From positions 13,330,001 through 13,394,000 of the forward strand of contig OX597814.1 of assembly GCA_951406725.2 (NCBI GenBank): a stretch of 64,000 nucleotides of DNA, in the 5' to 3' direction. The stretch is from Octopus vulgaris (Eukaryota). Position 1 is the first letter of the stretch, and each line of letters starts with the position of its first letter. The position numbers and the translations under genes are program-made. The notes beneath the pieces were generated by a model. That model made no database searches, was not told the origin of the DNA, and was given only the letters and a program-made list of their open reading frames with translations. Shown here piece after piece: positions 50,900 through 64,000 of the stretch.

Positions 50900-53400
50900 C
50901 ACAGCTCTTGCACTTTCTGCATCGATGGAAAACCAAGGATCATTCTTAAATAATTTTAAGTTCCTTTTTTGATAATTCCAATTGTTCCTACAGCTACTGA
51001 TATTGTAACCGTCATGAGATGCCACATTTTTTCGATTTCGATTAGCAAATCTTTATATTTTCTGAGCCTACCAAATTATCTTACCGAGATATTATTGTCG
51101 CAAGGTATACTCATGTCAATCGTTAAACAGACTTTATTGTTCTGGTCTTTCACAACAATATCTGGTTTATGTGCTTTGATGGTCCGGTCTGTACATACTA
51201 AGAGGTCCTAAAGTGTCGCTACATTTTCTCTCTCAGCTACAGTCTGAGGGCGAAGCTTCTACAACTTGTCAGCAGGTTTGCTTTTATAATGCCGAAATAT
51301 TATCCAGTGTAGATATTGTCCGACTTTGTCATGTTTAGATCTGTACTCTACAGCTGCTAAAACCTTACACACACAGATTAGATGGTCCATAGTTTCAATC
51401 CCATCTTTGCAGTATCGGTACTTTGAGTCTATACCATTTGCCATTACATTGACTTCATAGTCCCGGGTCAATAAGCTCTGAGCAGCCAAGATAAAGCATT
51501 CACTCTCTGCGTTTATTATTGAGCTTCGTAGCCACTGATGGGTGCACTCTGGTCTACATCAGCTTGTTTGCTACGGGTAACATATTTGCCATACAGAGGT
51601 TTATGTTCCCACCTATCAGCCAATTGTTCAAACGCATTTTGCTTTGCTTTTGATTTCATCTTATTTAGAACTATCGTGCCGTTCAAACTGGATATTATAC
51701 ATAAACTTACTTGAAATGTTTTACACTACTTCATGACAGAATTAAGCTTCTCTTGTCTTTCATGATTCTCAATATCCAGTCGTTAGATGTTTGCAGATAT
51801 TTTGCCAGTTCAACGGAGGTGGTTTTGTAAGAGATTTCAAATTGGTTCAGGCCTCGAACTACTGGAGCTCTGGGTAGGTAACGACGATCTGCATCTATCT
51901 TTGTGTAGTGCATTGAAATGCAAGACAGCAGATTACGAATTTTCCTGTCACTTTTCGTATTTTGCTCATATTCCAGTTCGACACATTCAAATTGTAAATA
52001 ACAACCAGAACTGCTACGGGATCTATGGCTGACATCTTGTTACGTGTATTTAACTAGGAGTTTAGTACTGTTTGAACTCACTTGTAACATTCCTTCCCCA
52101 TCTTCTCTTTCATGCTTGCATGCTGAATGTCAGAGCCTTCATTTATTCCCAGGTGTTTGTAAGATTGTTCCTGCTCGAGTTCCTTTATAACTGTGTCAGC
52201 GTCCATCACCACGGAATGTGAGGTTTTCAATTTTCCTTCCTGGAAGGTGATCGTGGCACTTTTCTCAAGACCAATTTCCATCCCGATATCATCAGTGAAT
52301 GCTTTCACAGTACACAATAGTCCTTCAGGTTCGTTATCGTCTTTGCCATAGAGCTTTTAGTCATCCATATAAAATAGTTGACTTATTTTCTTACCGCCAA
52401 CTTTATATACATACTCTGTTTTGTTAAATCCACTTATAAGGGGTATTAATTCAATCTATGCAAAAACTTAAATGTGAAAGTGAGTCACCTTAAAATTGAT
52501 TTTACATTTTTTCTTTCTTTCCAAGATGTTAATATATTTTCGTATTTCATTCAATGATTGTTTTATTCATCTTTTCCACCAAGGCTCTTTTTCTTCATTC
52601 CCATATTTACCGTTTGATTCGAGTCTTACTTTATTACCTATATAGATGATGTGGGCTTTAATCAATCTATTCGTTCCGATTATTTGTCTTAATTTCTTTC
52701 AGTGTTTTATTCACCTTAAGGATCTTCCCACGGAGCATATTACTATTTACTTTCCTGTATCCATTTCTTTCCGTATCCAGGCTTTCCTCAATGATACTAG
52801 TAATGTCTTAGACGATTCTTTTGACTTCATTATTTAGTTCTTATCTACACTCAGGGCTTGAGACATTATACTTCTCCTGGTTTCTCTCATTAAGTGCAGC
52901 ATCGTCAGCATTCGCTGTATCTAATTCTGCCTCGCTCCCGTGTTTTCAGTCATCACCCTCTTTCTAATCACACCGAGCTCTAGTACTGTAACTCATTTTT
53001 CTTTCCTTATTGCTCTTACCTGGTCACAGAGTCTCTGTTCCGTAATATCTGAGCCCTGCTTCTCCATTCATATGTCGTGTATCCTCTTTCTATATCCTCT
53101 TATGGGTCTCTCTTCATTATCAGTGGGTCTGTTCAAAAAATAACATTCTATGACAGCTATATTCATCGTTTTAGTTCATTTAGTTCTAGCAGCCGTATAA
53201 TGACGACCGGGTCTATTCTTCTCACCCACAGGGCACCTGCCATACGAAAATCCGTCACCTGTAGTTCCGTTCTTATTTGCGATGTTGTTTGTGTTAATTC
53301 TATTATTCACGACTCTCATGCAGAGGAAAATGTTGATAAGGTGTCACAACCACCAGTATTTTTATCGAGACACCATCACTAGTAAGGCTTCTCTAAAAAG
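50900..53400 (-). mobile_element. R4/Dong-like RLE LINE, internally deleted and degraded
   Basis: YMDD*KLY, FTDDIGMEIGLEK, YKHLGINE, RYLPR..GL, AAQ.....TR...CCHC-like region (YC..GIETMDHLICVC), KPDIVVKD....IDMSIP.D endonuclease. Confidence 0.85.
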
Positions 53401-54427
53401 ACTCAGAGATGCCCTTCTCCTCTCAGAAGTTTAAATGAGCTATCCTGCGCCGGACAAAAACAAAATAAAGTGCAGCGCAGCTGGCGAATGTTTAATGAAT
53501 TATTATTTGGATGGCTGTTGACTTCTCAAAGTTCATCCGCCTTTAGACAGGTCTTGTATTTCAGAGTGACCGAATAGCAAAAAGCACATTCCTCGCAAAT
53601 ATTTGATGAACATTGTCGCAAAATAATAAGGAAATTTTCATTATATTTTAGTAGAGATGTGTGGCTGGCAAAATGGAATACAAAATGGAAATATTTAAAT
53701 GTGAGTAGAGAAGAACATGTTCTAATAACCAGAAAATTGTTTTCTATTTCAATGAAACTTAATAATGAGAAAAACGACGTCTACCCAAGTCAAATATAAA
53801 TAAGATGATTACACAGCTCCAAAGAATGAACAAAAATATCAGAAAAAAAGGGTAACAAAGTGCGAGGTGGTAAATTTGTAGAAAGTAATTCCAGAAAGGA
53901 AAGTGGATTGCGCCAGAGCTTAAATAGGTGAAGAAACAGAGAACGTAATTGATACGTTTGAGAGGAACTGAAAGTGAATGATAAGAAATTATTGAAAATC
54001 GAAGTGGAATATATAAAACAATATAAATGGCCTCATATATTCTGCAGCTTCTGTGGCTAGATTTTGTAAGAATAAGCAATGTATGTGAAACGAAAGAAGT
54101 GTTGAAAGACATTAGGGAAATTTCAGGAAACTCTAACATCAGACACATCGGGTGAGAGGCTGCTAAAGAAGAGATAATGCAAAAGTTTGAAGCCAACTCA
54201 ACGAAGAATAATAATTATCCGCAAAGCACAAGTGAGTATCAGGAAAAGAAGTTATTCAGAGACAATAAGCAGAAACTTAGCAACAACAATAGGAATTTAA
54301 CATGATAATTCAATGCGGAATTCCGAAAGAACAAGTAACTTTTGGTCTTACAAGTGGAGACAGAAAGATTAACAATGAAAACCGTAAATATGTTACAAAA
54401 GAGAAAAATAATGAATTCGTAGAAATG

Positions 54428-54665
54428 CTTTTTTTTTTTTTTTTTTTGTACTTGTTTCAGTAATTTGACTGCGGCCATGCTGGAGCACCGCCTTTAGAGT
54501 GGTGAAAGAGTACAGCAGGGATCACCACCTCCTGCCGGAGCCTCGTGGAGCTTTTAGGCGTTTTTTTCGCTCAATAAACACACACAACGCCCGGTCTGGG
54601 AATCGAAACCGCGATCCTCCGACCGCAAGTCCGCTGCCCTAACCACTAGGCCATTGCGCCTCCAC
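54428..54665 (-). mobile_element. tRNA-derived SINE with the 14846/32862 head, a different tail and poly(A)
   Basis: Head GTGGAGGCGCAATGGCCTAGTGG. Tail CTAAAGGCGGTGCTCCAGCATGGCCGCAGTCAAATTACTGAAACAAGTAC(A)n. Confidence 0.88.
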
Positions 54666-57600
54666 GCTTTGTTAGTTTTATTCCTAAGAATACAACTCAA
54701 TGTTAAAGAATTGAAGAGTCGTCTTAGACAAAACATTAGTCAATGCGAACGAACGTAATGGTCAAAATTTAGAGGATAATAAGACATTCCTCGGTGTGAA
54801 ACGAAGGGTGAGGACCACAGTGAATATCCTCATTCATATCAAACAGGGAGAGGTGTAGAAGATGTCAGTTCATATCCACCTGACAATGGGGTGAGGCTGC
54901 GTGATGCGGTGAAGTGTATATAAGTCGAGTTGTGAATTGTCTAGTGCGGAAGAACACTTAAATACTTTCTATCAACAAACGTAACACAGATAAATCCGCA
55001 ACTTCACTACGAGGGTCATCATCCACCCGAGAAAATAAAAAAACACACAATATTAAATGGCTGATGCACAATCGACTTCAGCAAGTGACACCCAGTCACT
55101 CCAACTATTGTAGCCATACAAACACAAACAATAAATTGATGTCCTTCGTGAAAAAAGTAAACATTAAAACAAACAAATGGCTTCAGCACTAAAACTTTCG
55201 ATGCGTGCAAAATTTGATATTATTAACCTGACTTGGGAGACATACAAAATAGTAATAATCCTCATCATCATCATTTAACATTCGATCAGGATATCCGTTA
55301 TGTGTGCCTTGGTATACAGCTGAAGCGATTGATTTTTTTTTGCATCTCTTAGCCTGGTTTTTTTCTGGTGTGAGGTGAATTCTCTGGACCTCGGACTACG
55401 GTCGATTTTCCTTGAAAAGGAATGCAAGCTGGTGGTCCGTGATGTGAACAACAGCTCAGATGGCGCAACGAAGTGTATCTCAGTAAATTTATGATTTGTA
55501 AGTCGACATAGATACGTTGAATAATTAGGGGCCTGATAACTTGAAACGGAATATATATTTCGCAGAATGCCAAGATTGTAGAACCAGATTGATTTGAGAG
55601 GGGTAAATGGTCAACAACTGATGGCGGTTATCTGTGAAATATTCTGTTTGATTAGGTTTAGTAAAAAGAAATGTGACAGAAAAAAGAGCCAGCTATTAAC
55701 CTTCGAGAAGACATAGCTCTTCAATGCTAAGCAAAAGTTTTCTATTATCAAAGCTATGGTACACGCACTCAGGAATGAGGAAATGAAAGCCGTTTCGCCT
55801 CGAGTGACAGTGATTTAACGCGGCAACAAATCCTCAATTAGATCGTTAACGGATCAGGAGAATGCTATTTGATTCCAAGTATATATATTCAGCTTTTTAA
55901 TAGCACTTTGCGCAACTCTTTTGAATAGAGAATGGGCCGTACATGTGCTGGACTGTGGTGGACAGGTGAATTTCTGTGAAATCCTGACAAGAGCTGGCGA
56001 TGTAAGGGAAGTCACTACACGAGAGAGAAATCACCTGAGATGGATAGTGGGACCAACGGGATTTAGTTTTATATGACAGGCTTCTTCGAATATCCCTTGG
56101 CAGATGTCTACTGCAAATGACAGTAGAACTGAAGAAACTCCCGGCATTCTGCTAAATACAGAGTCAAACAATTTCGACAGGTTCTTAACTGAGAGGTTGA
56201 CCCTTGTCATTGATATTCTCTCAGGTGAGTTACAGACATTCACCATACCAAATAAATTTATCTAGAACAACCTGCTGTAAAAGCGGTACATCATAGAAAT
56301 ATTTGGTGAAGAATTTCGCATGTATGGGGCCTTGATACATTTAGATTAGTTGAAAGCTTTCCCTAATACATTGTGGCGGTTCTGAAGATGCTTGGCACGT
56401 TAAGTGTCATCAAATGTTCACAGATTTTAACCAGTCGGACAATGTAACGTAGTTTTAAAGTGGTTGTGAATGTACAGTATAATTCTCGTAGCAATATATG
56501 TAGAGAAATCTGTTTGTCGGCATAAATCACTTACATTTGCTAGCTTTCAGATTTAACATAACGCACATAACAGTGGAAACATTAAGCCGATTGAGGTTAA
56601 ATTAAAAAGCTTAGTTCTTTACTAATTATTTCATAATAGTGCTACTTTCACTTCCACAATTTTTAGGCTTTGATTTGAATTGTCAAATTATTTTCACTTT
56701 ATTGGTGGCATTGTAAGGAACCTACTTCTGTTATTTTTACCAAATCTGTCCTTGCCATACGCAAAACCATCGTTACTCTACCGTAGCTTTCACCAACGAT
56801 TCTAATGACTTGGATTCAACGGTTACATTTCGAACACTTTGTTAACTGCTAAGTTATATTTTGCTTCCAAATACACGAAAAATATTTCAAATAGCAGGCA
56901 TTTCGTGTGAGTGTTGAGGTTATGACGCTGCATCAGTTGTGTTATTTGGATTTGGAACAGGATTTTTATTTCCTTCATAGAAGCCTCGCTTTTGATCATA
57001 ATTATGTTATGGCGGTTCTCTAATTTTGAATAGTACTTCCCTTTATCTTATAATGTAGTTATATAGTTTTATTGCTAATTTGTTTTTGGTTTCCCATCCA
57101 GATATGAGGACGACAGTAATAAGTTTAAATCTTACCTTTACTCCATCTCTCCATGTTTCCTTTGACGTTGACATTCCAGCTTACGGAGAGTAGACATAAA
57201 AAACATTTGAGGCTTCAGTTATAAAAGAAAGGCTTCTTGCATTCATTTTTATGGTATTTATCTTTACACATTGTATAGTCTATCCAAAATGGCAGACGCA
57301 CATCGATATCATAAACAATAAAACGTTGTCGTAGCAGACGAAAACACACACAAAAAGCAAACAATAACCAGAAATGCGAAACACACAAATGAATGAATGA
57401 ACCGAAGAATAAATATGGAAGTTTGACGGAACAATTAATATATAAAAACACACGAAATTGTTACAGACGTTATTCTAAAATTAGCGTGTATAAAATGAAA
57501 GGCGGCACTGCCGACTCTTAAACGGAGCCGAAGAATGGAAATCGTTCATATAGTTGTGTTAAATTAATCATTGTTTCGTTTCTAACATAAAGAAGAAAAA

Positions 57601-58869
57601 ACAACGTTTTGAGAGTTGATAACTTTCTAAGAAGAAACAGGAAGTTCATACTTTAACCGCTGTAAACCTCTCAAAGTATATATCTGTTAAAGCAAATTTG
57701 TTCTAGATAAATAAGGATGAGGCGCAGGAAAGATCTTTAGTAGCTACAATTATTTGGTAACTGCTGCCTCGGAGCGTATTTGAAGAACTGGAAAAAATAG
57801 CGAAAAATACAACAAAAAGAGCAAGAAACACATCTTCAAAACATCCATCAGGAAAACTCTAAAAATAGCAGAAAAACAAGTTTTATGTCCAGTATAATAA
57901 CAAGCTATGAAACACCTCCTCCTCTGACCTCGGCAGCCATGGACACCAGCCTACAGTCGTGTGATGATGAAGTTATAAAAATTGCAGAGTAAAAAACTCC
58001 AAGTATACAAACCGTTAAGTGAAACATTGGACGATACAGAGAACTACTACAAAGCTACAGCGATATCTATCCTGCTGACCGTAAATGTGAAGAGTGACAA
58101 ACATCTAAAATTCACAGTCGTTAGAAAATCAAACTTACAGCGAAACGACAAATTATCGCATCTGCGGTACAGCAGTTTAACCGAAATACTTTTATCCAAG
58201 TCTTCATAACAACAAGAGCTTATTTGCGCTGACCCCGAGCTGACCTGAACTCATCACATGAAATCCTGTGTTTCCCTTCCAAATGGAAAGTATATGCTAT
58301 TATTTCTCTGAGATAAAAACATATTTCTAGTAGTTATACAATAGGTGATGCATTTTCCATATTCACACAAAATATGAAGGCAGTAATCATTGCCAAAAAG
58401 AGATCCGCTTCATCAGAGAATATTGAATACGTCTATAACGTCTCCGGATTTTCGAATTTCTGGGTGATTTTATTGTCGTATTTTTGGAGATTAAGCTATG
58501 ATCTTGTTGAAGACTTGCAAACATACACTGAGCCTACGGCAATTTTGGATATGATTCAAACCTCACGATATATTGAATTATGGTTCGAAACTACACTCTG
58601 CTTTCTCTTCTTGTAGTAACACATTTTTATGGAAACCCACGCTTTACAGATATTTGTTAAACTGATTACGTACTAAAGTTCAGGAATTTCGGTTGAGGAG
58701 CAGAAAATAAAATTCCATACAATTATTCGTCCTTATTTAAAAACAGTAAAATGCAAATAACAACACGTAGGCTTTACAGAAATTATACGCGAATCTATTT
58801 GTGTAGTTCCTTCGCACGTTCCATTGCGGAAAAATAGAAATATAAGTTTATGCTGTTTTACAATATATT

Positions 58870-59080
58870 CTTTTCTTATCTAGGCACAAGGCCCGAAATT
58901 TTGATGGGGGGCAGTCGATTAGATAGGTCCCAGTACACAATTGCTACATAATTTATCGACCCCAAATCGATGAAAGGCAAAGTTGACCTTGACGGAATTT
59001 GAACTCAGAACCTAAACACAGACGAAATAATGCTAAGCATTTCGCTCGGCGTCCTAACGTTTCTGGAGGCTCACCGCTAT
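58870..59080 (-). mobile_element. SINE of the 37124 family with a 16-bp TSD
   Basis: TSD TGTTTTACAATATATT at 58854-58869 and 59081-59096. B-box GAGTTCAAATTCC on the minus strand. Confidence 0.88.
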
Positions 59081-59387
59081 TGTTTTACAATATATTAATT
59101 GCGATTTGAGTTAGTAGCTAGAAGCAAATCTCGTATCGAAATAACATATTAACTATTTACAATAATAATAAGGTGATATTCTCTGAGTAAATGGTATTAC
59201 ATAATACATTTAGTGTCTGTAGCCAACAGGCAATCCTTGCGGACAATGTTATTACAGTGAGTGACTGATATGCGCTTCGATGAATATTGCATACATGCAT
59301 ACGTACATACATATATACACACATGCATACATCCATAAATACATATATACGTACGTACATACGTACATACCATTCTCATATACATCC

Positions 59388-59455
<68 letters not shown>

Positions 59456-59473
59456 CTCTCTCTCTCTCTCTCA

Positions 59474-59506
<33 letters not shown>

Positions 59507-60317
59507 ATCCACACCCAGACACATACACACATATTTGTAAGAGTAAGAAGTACTCGGCAAATATTCTATTGATGTTTGTGTTTAATAACAGCTTGATTAA
59601 GCTCCACTTAAACTTTGATTGCCATAGGACACGACCACTTCATGAGACAGATGTTTCTATCAACTGATGAGGTGGATGTGACCCACGCCTACGAGAATGT
59701 TAATGTAAGGGTGAGTCAAACTGTTACTCTCGCAAACACACACACATACACAACGAAATGTGTGGGTATGTGCGAGTATGTATCCGTATATTTATATGAA
59801 GTTGTTTCTAATATCGTACAGAATCTGGCGTCATTTAATGATCAATAATATTGCTATATAGTCCAATGTTTAATGGAAACATATCTACTTGTAGAAATCG
59901 AAGTGTATTTTCGTGATAGGATATGAAATATTTTGAAACAATGTGTTACAAAAATATTTTCCTTTAAATTTAGAAATATTAATTTCGAATAAATAATTAT
60001 ACTTTATGATGGTTTGTCAACACGCGTGTATCAATATATTAAGATATACTTTATCAAGAATTATTACTAATACTGCTACTAATAAGTCTTATGTTAATAA
60101 AACACAGTGAGGATACGTGCTTATTATTAATAACATCTGTTGTTTTAAAGATTATTTATGTACCAAAGATATTAAGTCATGTCTCATAAGTGATTGAAGA
60201 CTCTGGTCTGGTTGGCTGTTGTGAATATCTTACAAGTTCTAAGAAATATATTACTTAAGAAAAGGCTAAGAATATTTATTTATATATTGCAACAACCACT
60301 CACTCTCACCCACTTAT

Positions 60318-60350
<33 letters not shown>

Positions 60351-60484
60351 GTTATATACGTGTGCCTGTAATTATATGTATGTGCACACATAAACACATA
60401 TGCATGATTGTATGTGTATGTATATAAATGCATATATATATACATACATATATACACACACACACAAACACACACATACACACA

Positions 60485-60561
<77 letters not shown>

Positions 60562-61019
60562 GGGAAAGAGGATTTGAAAAATGCAGAGGTCCTTTAAAGA
60601 TGTTTATTGACTTGACCGATTTAACTTTTTTAAAAAAAGGGTATCAAAAGTAAAATGTAAAGCTTTGTATAGCCTCTGCTGTGTTAAAAAGGGTTATCAT
60701 AGTTGTATTAAATACAATCAGAAAATGTTAAAAAATAGAATCTTTGACAATGATAAGAAAATGTTAAGAGGGGCTTTCTGTTTAAATAATTTACATGGAA
60801 GTGTTCAAATATGGTAGTAAAATGAATTTACAATTATTATAATTTCATCAAAAATCATGACAAAACTTTCCTACCGTCATCGTCTGTCTTGTAATGTGTG
60901 TTTAAGAAATGTTTGTTATTATTAGAAATAGTGTGGGCGGTTGGTTGGAATGAAAAGGACTTTTTTGTTTCTGGGCTAGTCTGTCATGCCTCCCTGGTTT
61001 TGGGAGTGGTCTTAGAGTT

Positions 61020-62290
61020 CTAGTGTGAGTTTGTGTGTGTGTGTGTGTGTGTACATTTCTATGTGTGCGTGTATATATAAGCTTGTGTTTGTGTGTGGGT
61101 TTTTATTGACTGGTCTTAGAGTTCTGTGTGGAGTGTGCATGGGTCTGCGTATGTGTCTGTTTTATATTTAGCAGGGTGGTGCGCGTGTATGTGTGCACGT
61201 TTGTCTGTCTATGTATGTGTGCGTATGCATGTGTGTATGTGCTTGTTCGTGTGTGTGCATGTGTATGAATGTGCGTGCGTGTGTATGTTTGTGTGTGTTG
61301 TATTTGTGGGGATGTTATGCGCGTGTACATGAGTATGTGCGTGTGTCTCTGTCTGTGTATGTTTGCTGAGTTATAATTGTCCGGGGTGTGTGTGTATATG
61401 TATGCATCCATTTGTATGAGTGTGCATATGTATGTGTGTCTGAGTGTGTTGTATTTGCAGGGGTTCTGTGTGTGTCCGTGTGTGCTATATTTATCCTGGT
61501 GGTGTGTATGCGTGTGCGTGTACGTACTGTGCATGTTTGTAACTGAGTATTGTGTGTGTATATGTGTATATGTGGGTGTGGTTTATGTAGTTTTCGGGTG
61601 TGTGTGCTATATTTGTTATAGGGAAGTGTGTATACGTACGTGTAAATGCGTGTGCGTATGTTATGTTTTTTGTGTGCGGTGCATGCATGTTTGGGAGTAT
61701 CATTATGAGTGTTTTATTTGTATTGTTTATGGAGTTTTTGTGTTAACGTGTGGGTGTGTTTGTGTAACTGTGTCTATGTGTCTTTTATTTGTCGGGGTGT
61801 TGTGTGTTATTGGGTGCGTGTGTCCTGATCGTGTGTGTGTGTGAATGTGTGTATGTGTGTGTATGTGAGTGTTTGTTGTGATTGTTGGGATTGTATTGTG
61901 TGTATTTATTTGTTTTTTTTACTTTGAGTGTGTGTGTGATTTTTTAATAGGGAATGGGCATCTTGTATTTCTGTGTGTGTACGTATATGTGTATGTATGC
62001 GTGCGTGTGTGGGTGGGTTTTGTTGTATTTGCATGGTTGTGTGTGTATCTGTGTATGTGTGGGTATGCTTGTGTGAGTGTGTCCTGTAATTGTCAGGACG
62101 GTGTGTGTAGGTGTTTGCATGTATGTGTTTACATATATGTGTATGTGTGTGTTGGTTGTGATTGTTAGAATAGTATTGCATATGTGTATACGTATGTGTT
62201 TTTTCATGGAATGTGTGTTGGTTTGTGCTCGAGTGTGGGGATATTGGGTTTGTGCATGTGTATATATGTAATATGTGCGTTTGAATATCT
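61020..62290. repeat. 1.3-kb degenerate (GT)-rich tract with an internal duplication
   Basis: GTTGTGATTGTT...ATTG unit at about 61875 and about 62156. Strong G/T strand skew. Confidence 0.85.
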
Positions 62291-62319
62291 GTTTGCCTGT
62301 TTCTGTGTGTGTTAGAAAC

Positions 62320-63400
62320 AGGGAAACAGATATATATTAGTGTATGTTGAATTCTGGTCTGTATTTTTGAATAAGTATATTTTCCTTATTTATTCGTGTT
62401 TGGTCAGTGGTGCTGTCTGGGATTGGTACAGTGAGAAAACAAGGAATTTAGGAGACTTGTTTTGTGCACAGAGATCTATGTAGCCACTAAGCAGTATTTG
62501 CTTGTGGTGGGGTCCCTCAGCACAGGTTAGAGCCTCCTTTTCCGGTTTTAAATCACTTTTAGTCATCCACAGCCTTATTTTTCTGTCTGTCTTATCTTCA
62601 ACATCGCTATTACATTAGCCATGCATTCTTTTCTTTACCCACCTATTTTCTGTTTCGTTCGTTTTCAATTGCTTGTACAGTGCTTTATCTTTGCAGTATT
62701 TCATCCTACACAAGTCTAACCTTCTTACTTCTAATAATAGCGGTTCTGTAGCATATTTTACATACCATGCTAAGTTGATTTCTTCTGCTCTAATGTTGAG
62801 TTTGCATTCAATATGTCCTCTTCCCCCTCTTTTTCTTGGTACATACAGTCTGCCTGTGTCACATTTTGGGTGGAGTGTCCCATATCTAGTAACTTCCTTG
62901 TCTTTGAGTTTAAGCTGTTTAGTTCATCTACTGTCCATGCAATTAACCCTGCTCCATATCTAAGGAGTGAAACCGCCCAGGTGTTTATAACTTCATTTTT
63001 ACTCCGTCAGTTTAATTTCGACTTAATGATCAGTCTCAGTCTGCGCACGTACTCCACCTAAGATTTTTCTGTCATTTCTTTCTCCATCAATTTGTCCATT
63101 TCCAAAATAATTAAGTAGCCCGTCTCTTCTTTCTCCGTCATAACCTTTCCCGATGATATCGATAGCCCGTCCATAAATTTGATTCTGCTTCTCTTCAAGA
63201 CTAACACACCACACTTTCAGATGTTCCAGATCATCCATGAATAAAAAATGGTTTTGTTTACTTTCCGCAGAATCAGTGTTAGTGGTGTCAAGTACAGTAC
63301 AAACATCAGTGGGAACAGGTAGACCCCTTGGGAGATAGCCCTACTGATTTCTACTGTCCCTAAACTTCCTCCGTATGCTGTCAGGTCAGTTCTCTAATTC
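62320..63400 (-). mobile_element. Degraded R4/Dong-like LINE RT fragment
   Basis: FFFMDDL and INTWAVSLLRYGAGLIAW. Confidence 0.7.
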
Positions 63401-63420
63401 GCCATACATCTTCAAAACAA

Positions 63421-63640
63421 TTCTTCTTCTTCTTCTTCTTCTTCTTCTTCTTCTTCTTCTTCTTCTTCTTCTTCTTCTTCTTCTTCTTCTTCTTCTTCTT
63501 CTTCTCATCCTCCTCATTCTCCTTCTTCTTCTTCTTCTTCTTCTTCTTCTTCTTCTTCTTTTTCTTCTTCTCCTCCTCCTCCTCCTCCTTCTCCTCCTCC
63601 TTCTCCTTCTCCTCCTCCACCTCCTCCTCCTTCTTCTTTC
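63421..63640. repeat. (TTC/TCC)n microsatellite
   Basis: Read directly from the sequence. Confidence 0.95.
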
Positions 63641-64000
63641 CTTTGCACAGCTTGTAACGCTGGAGATGCACTACGGTGTCAATTGTTCACTGCCAGTGAA
63701 CTAAGGCGACACCTCTTATTTTTCCTGCACGTTCTGGAGTATTCGAGCGGTTCCAAGCAGTACTATTTCCTGCAAGTGCTCCACTCTTATTGTAGCCTCT
63801 ATTTGCTCCAGGTACTTCTCGAGATTTTTGCTCACTGTTTCCAGGGCTCCGACAATTATTGGTATTACTACCTTTTTCATCGACCACAACTACTTAACTT
63901 CCTAAGCTAACCTGTCATATCTCTCAACTTTTCTTTCTTCCTTATCGCATAACTTGTTGTCAGCTGAGCATGCTATATCTATGATCCAGCATAGTATGCT
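63641..64000 (-). mobile_element. 3' end of an R4/Dong-like LINE (RLE domain) abutting (GAA)n; continues beyond the window
   Basis: CWIIDIACSADNK...KVERY..L, VVIPIIVGALETV, LLGTARILQ. Confidence 0.8.

Noticed and set aside
53700-58250. Probable ancient LINE debris (GVK, FAVDI, YKATAISILL traces)
   Set aside because: Motifs are too eroded to delimit or classify without alignment.
60605-60660. Further decayed hammerhead-like traces (also about 2045-2070 and 16220-16260)
   Set aside because: Core nucleotides or helices are missing, so they cannot be supported individually.

Overview
AT-rich animal genomic DNA dense in (TA)n and other microsatellites. The tRNA-derived SINE families suggest a cephalopod (Octopus-like) genome; this is an inference. 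The window is essentially intronic or intergenic and built from nested transposable elements: Penelope-like retroelements (PLEs) and many hammerhead-bearing PLE terminal remnants, two non-autonomous Helitrons, a Mag-type Ty3/Gypsy remnant, CR1, RTE and R4/Dong-type LINEs, maT/Tc1-mariner and Chapaev DNA transposon remnants, and about ten SINEs. No host gene can be called; there is one plausible isolated 117-nt exon at 22125-22241. The most notable object is the 4.1-kb minus-strand PLE at 4281-8420. It is bounded by (TA)n on both sides and nearly circularly permuted. It also appears to have a coiled-coil ORF1 joined to the RT-GIY-YIG ORF by a U_UUU_UUA -1 frameshift site, with a variant minimal hammerhead just upstream of ORF1. 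The second theme is repeated fold-back units, several carrying hammerhead-like motifs, embedded in (TA)n. All family calls come from manual motif reading without database searches, and element ends are approximate unless TSDs or terminal motifs are stated.
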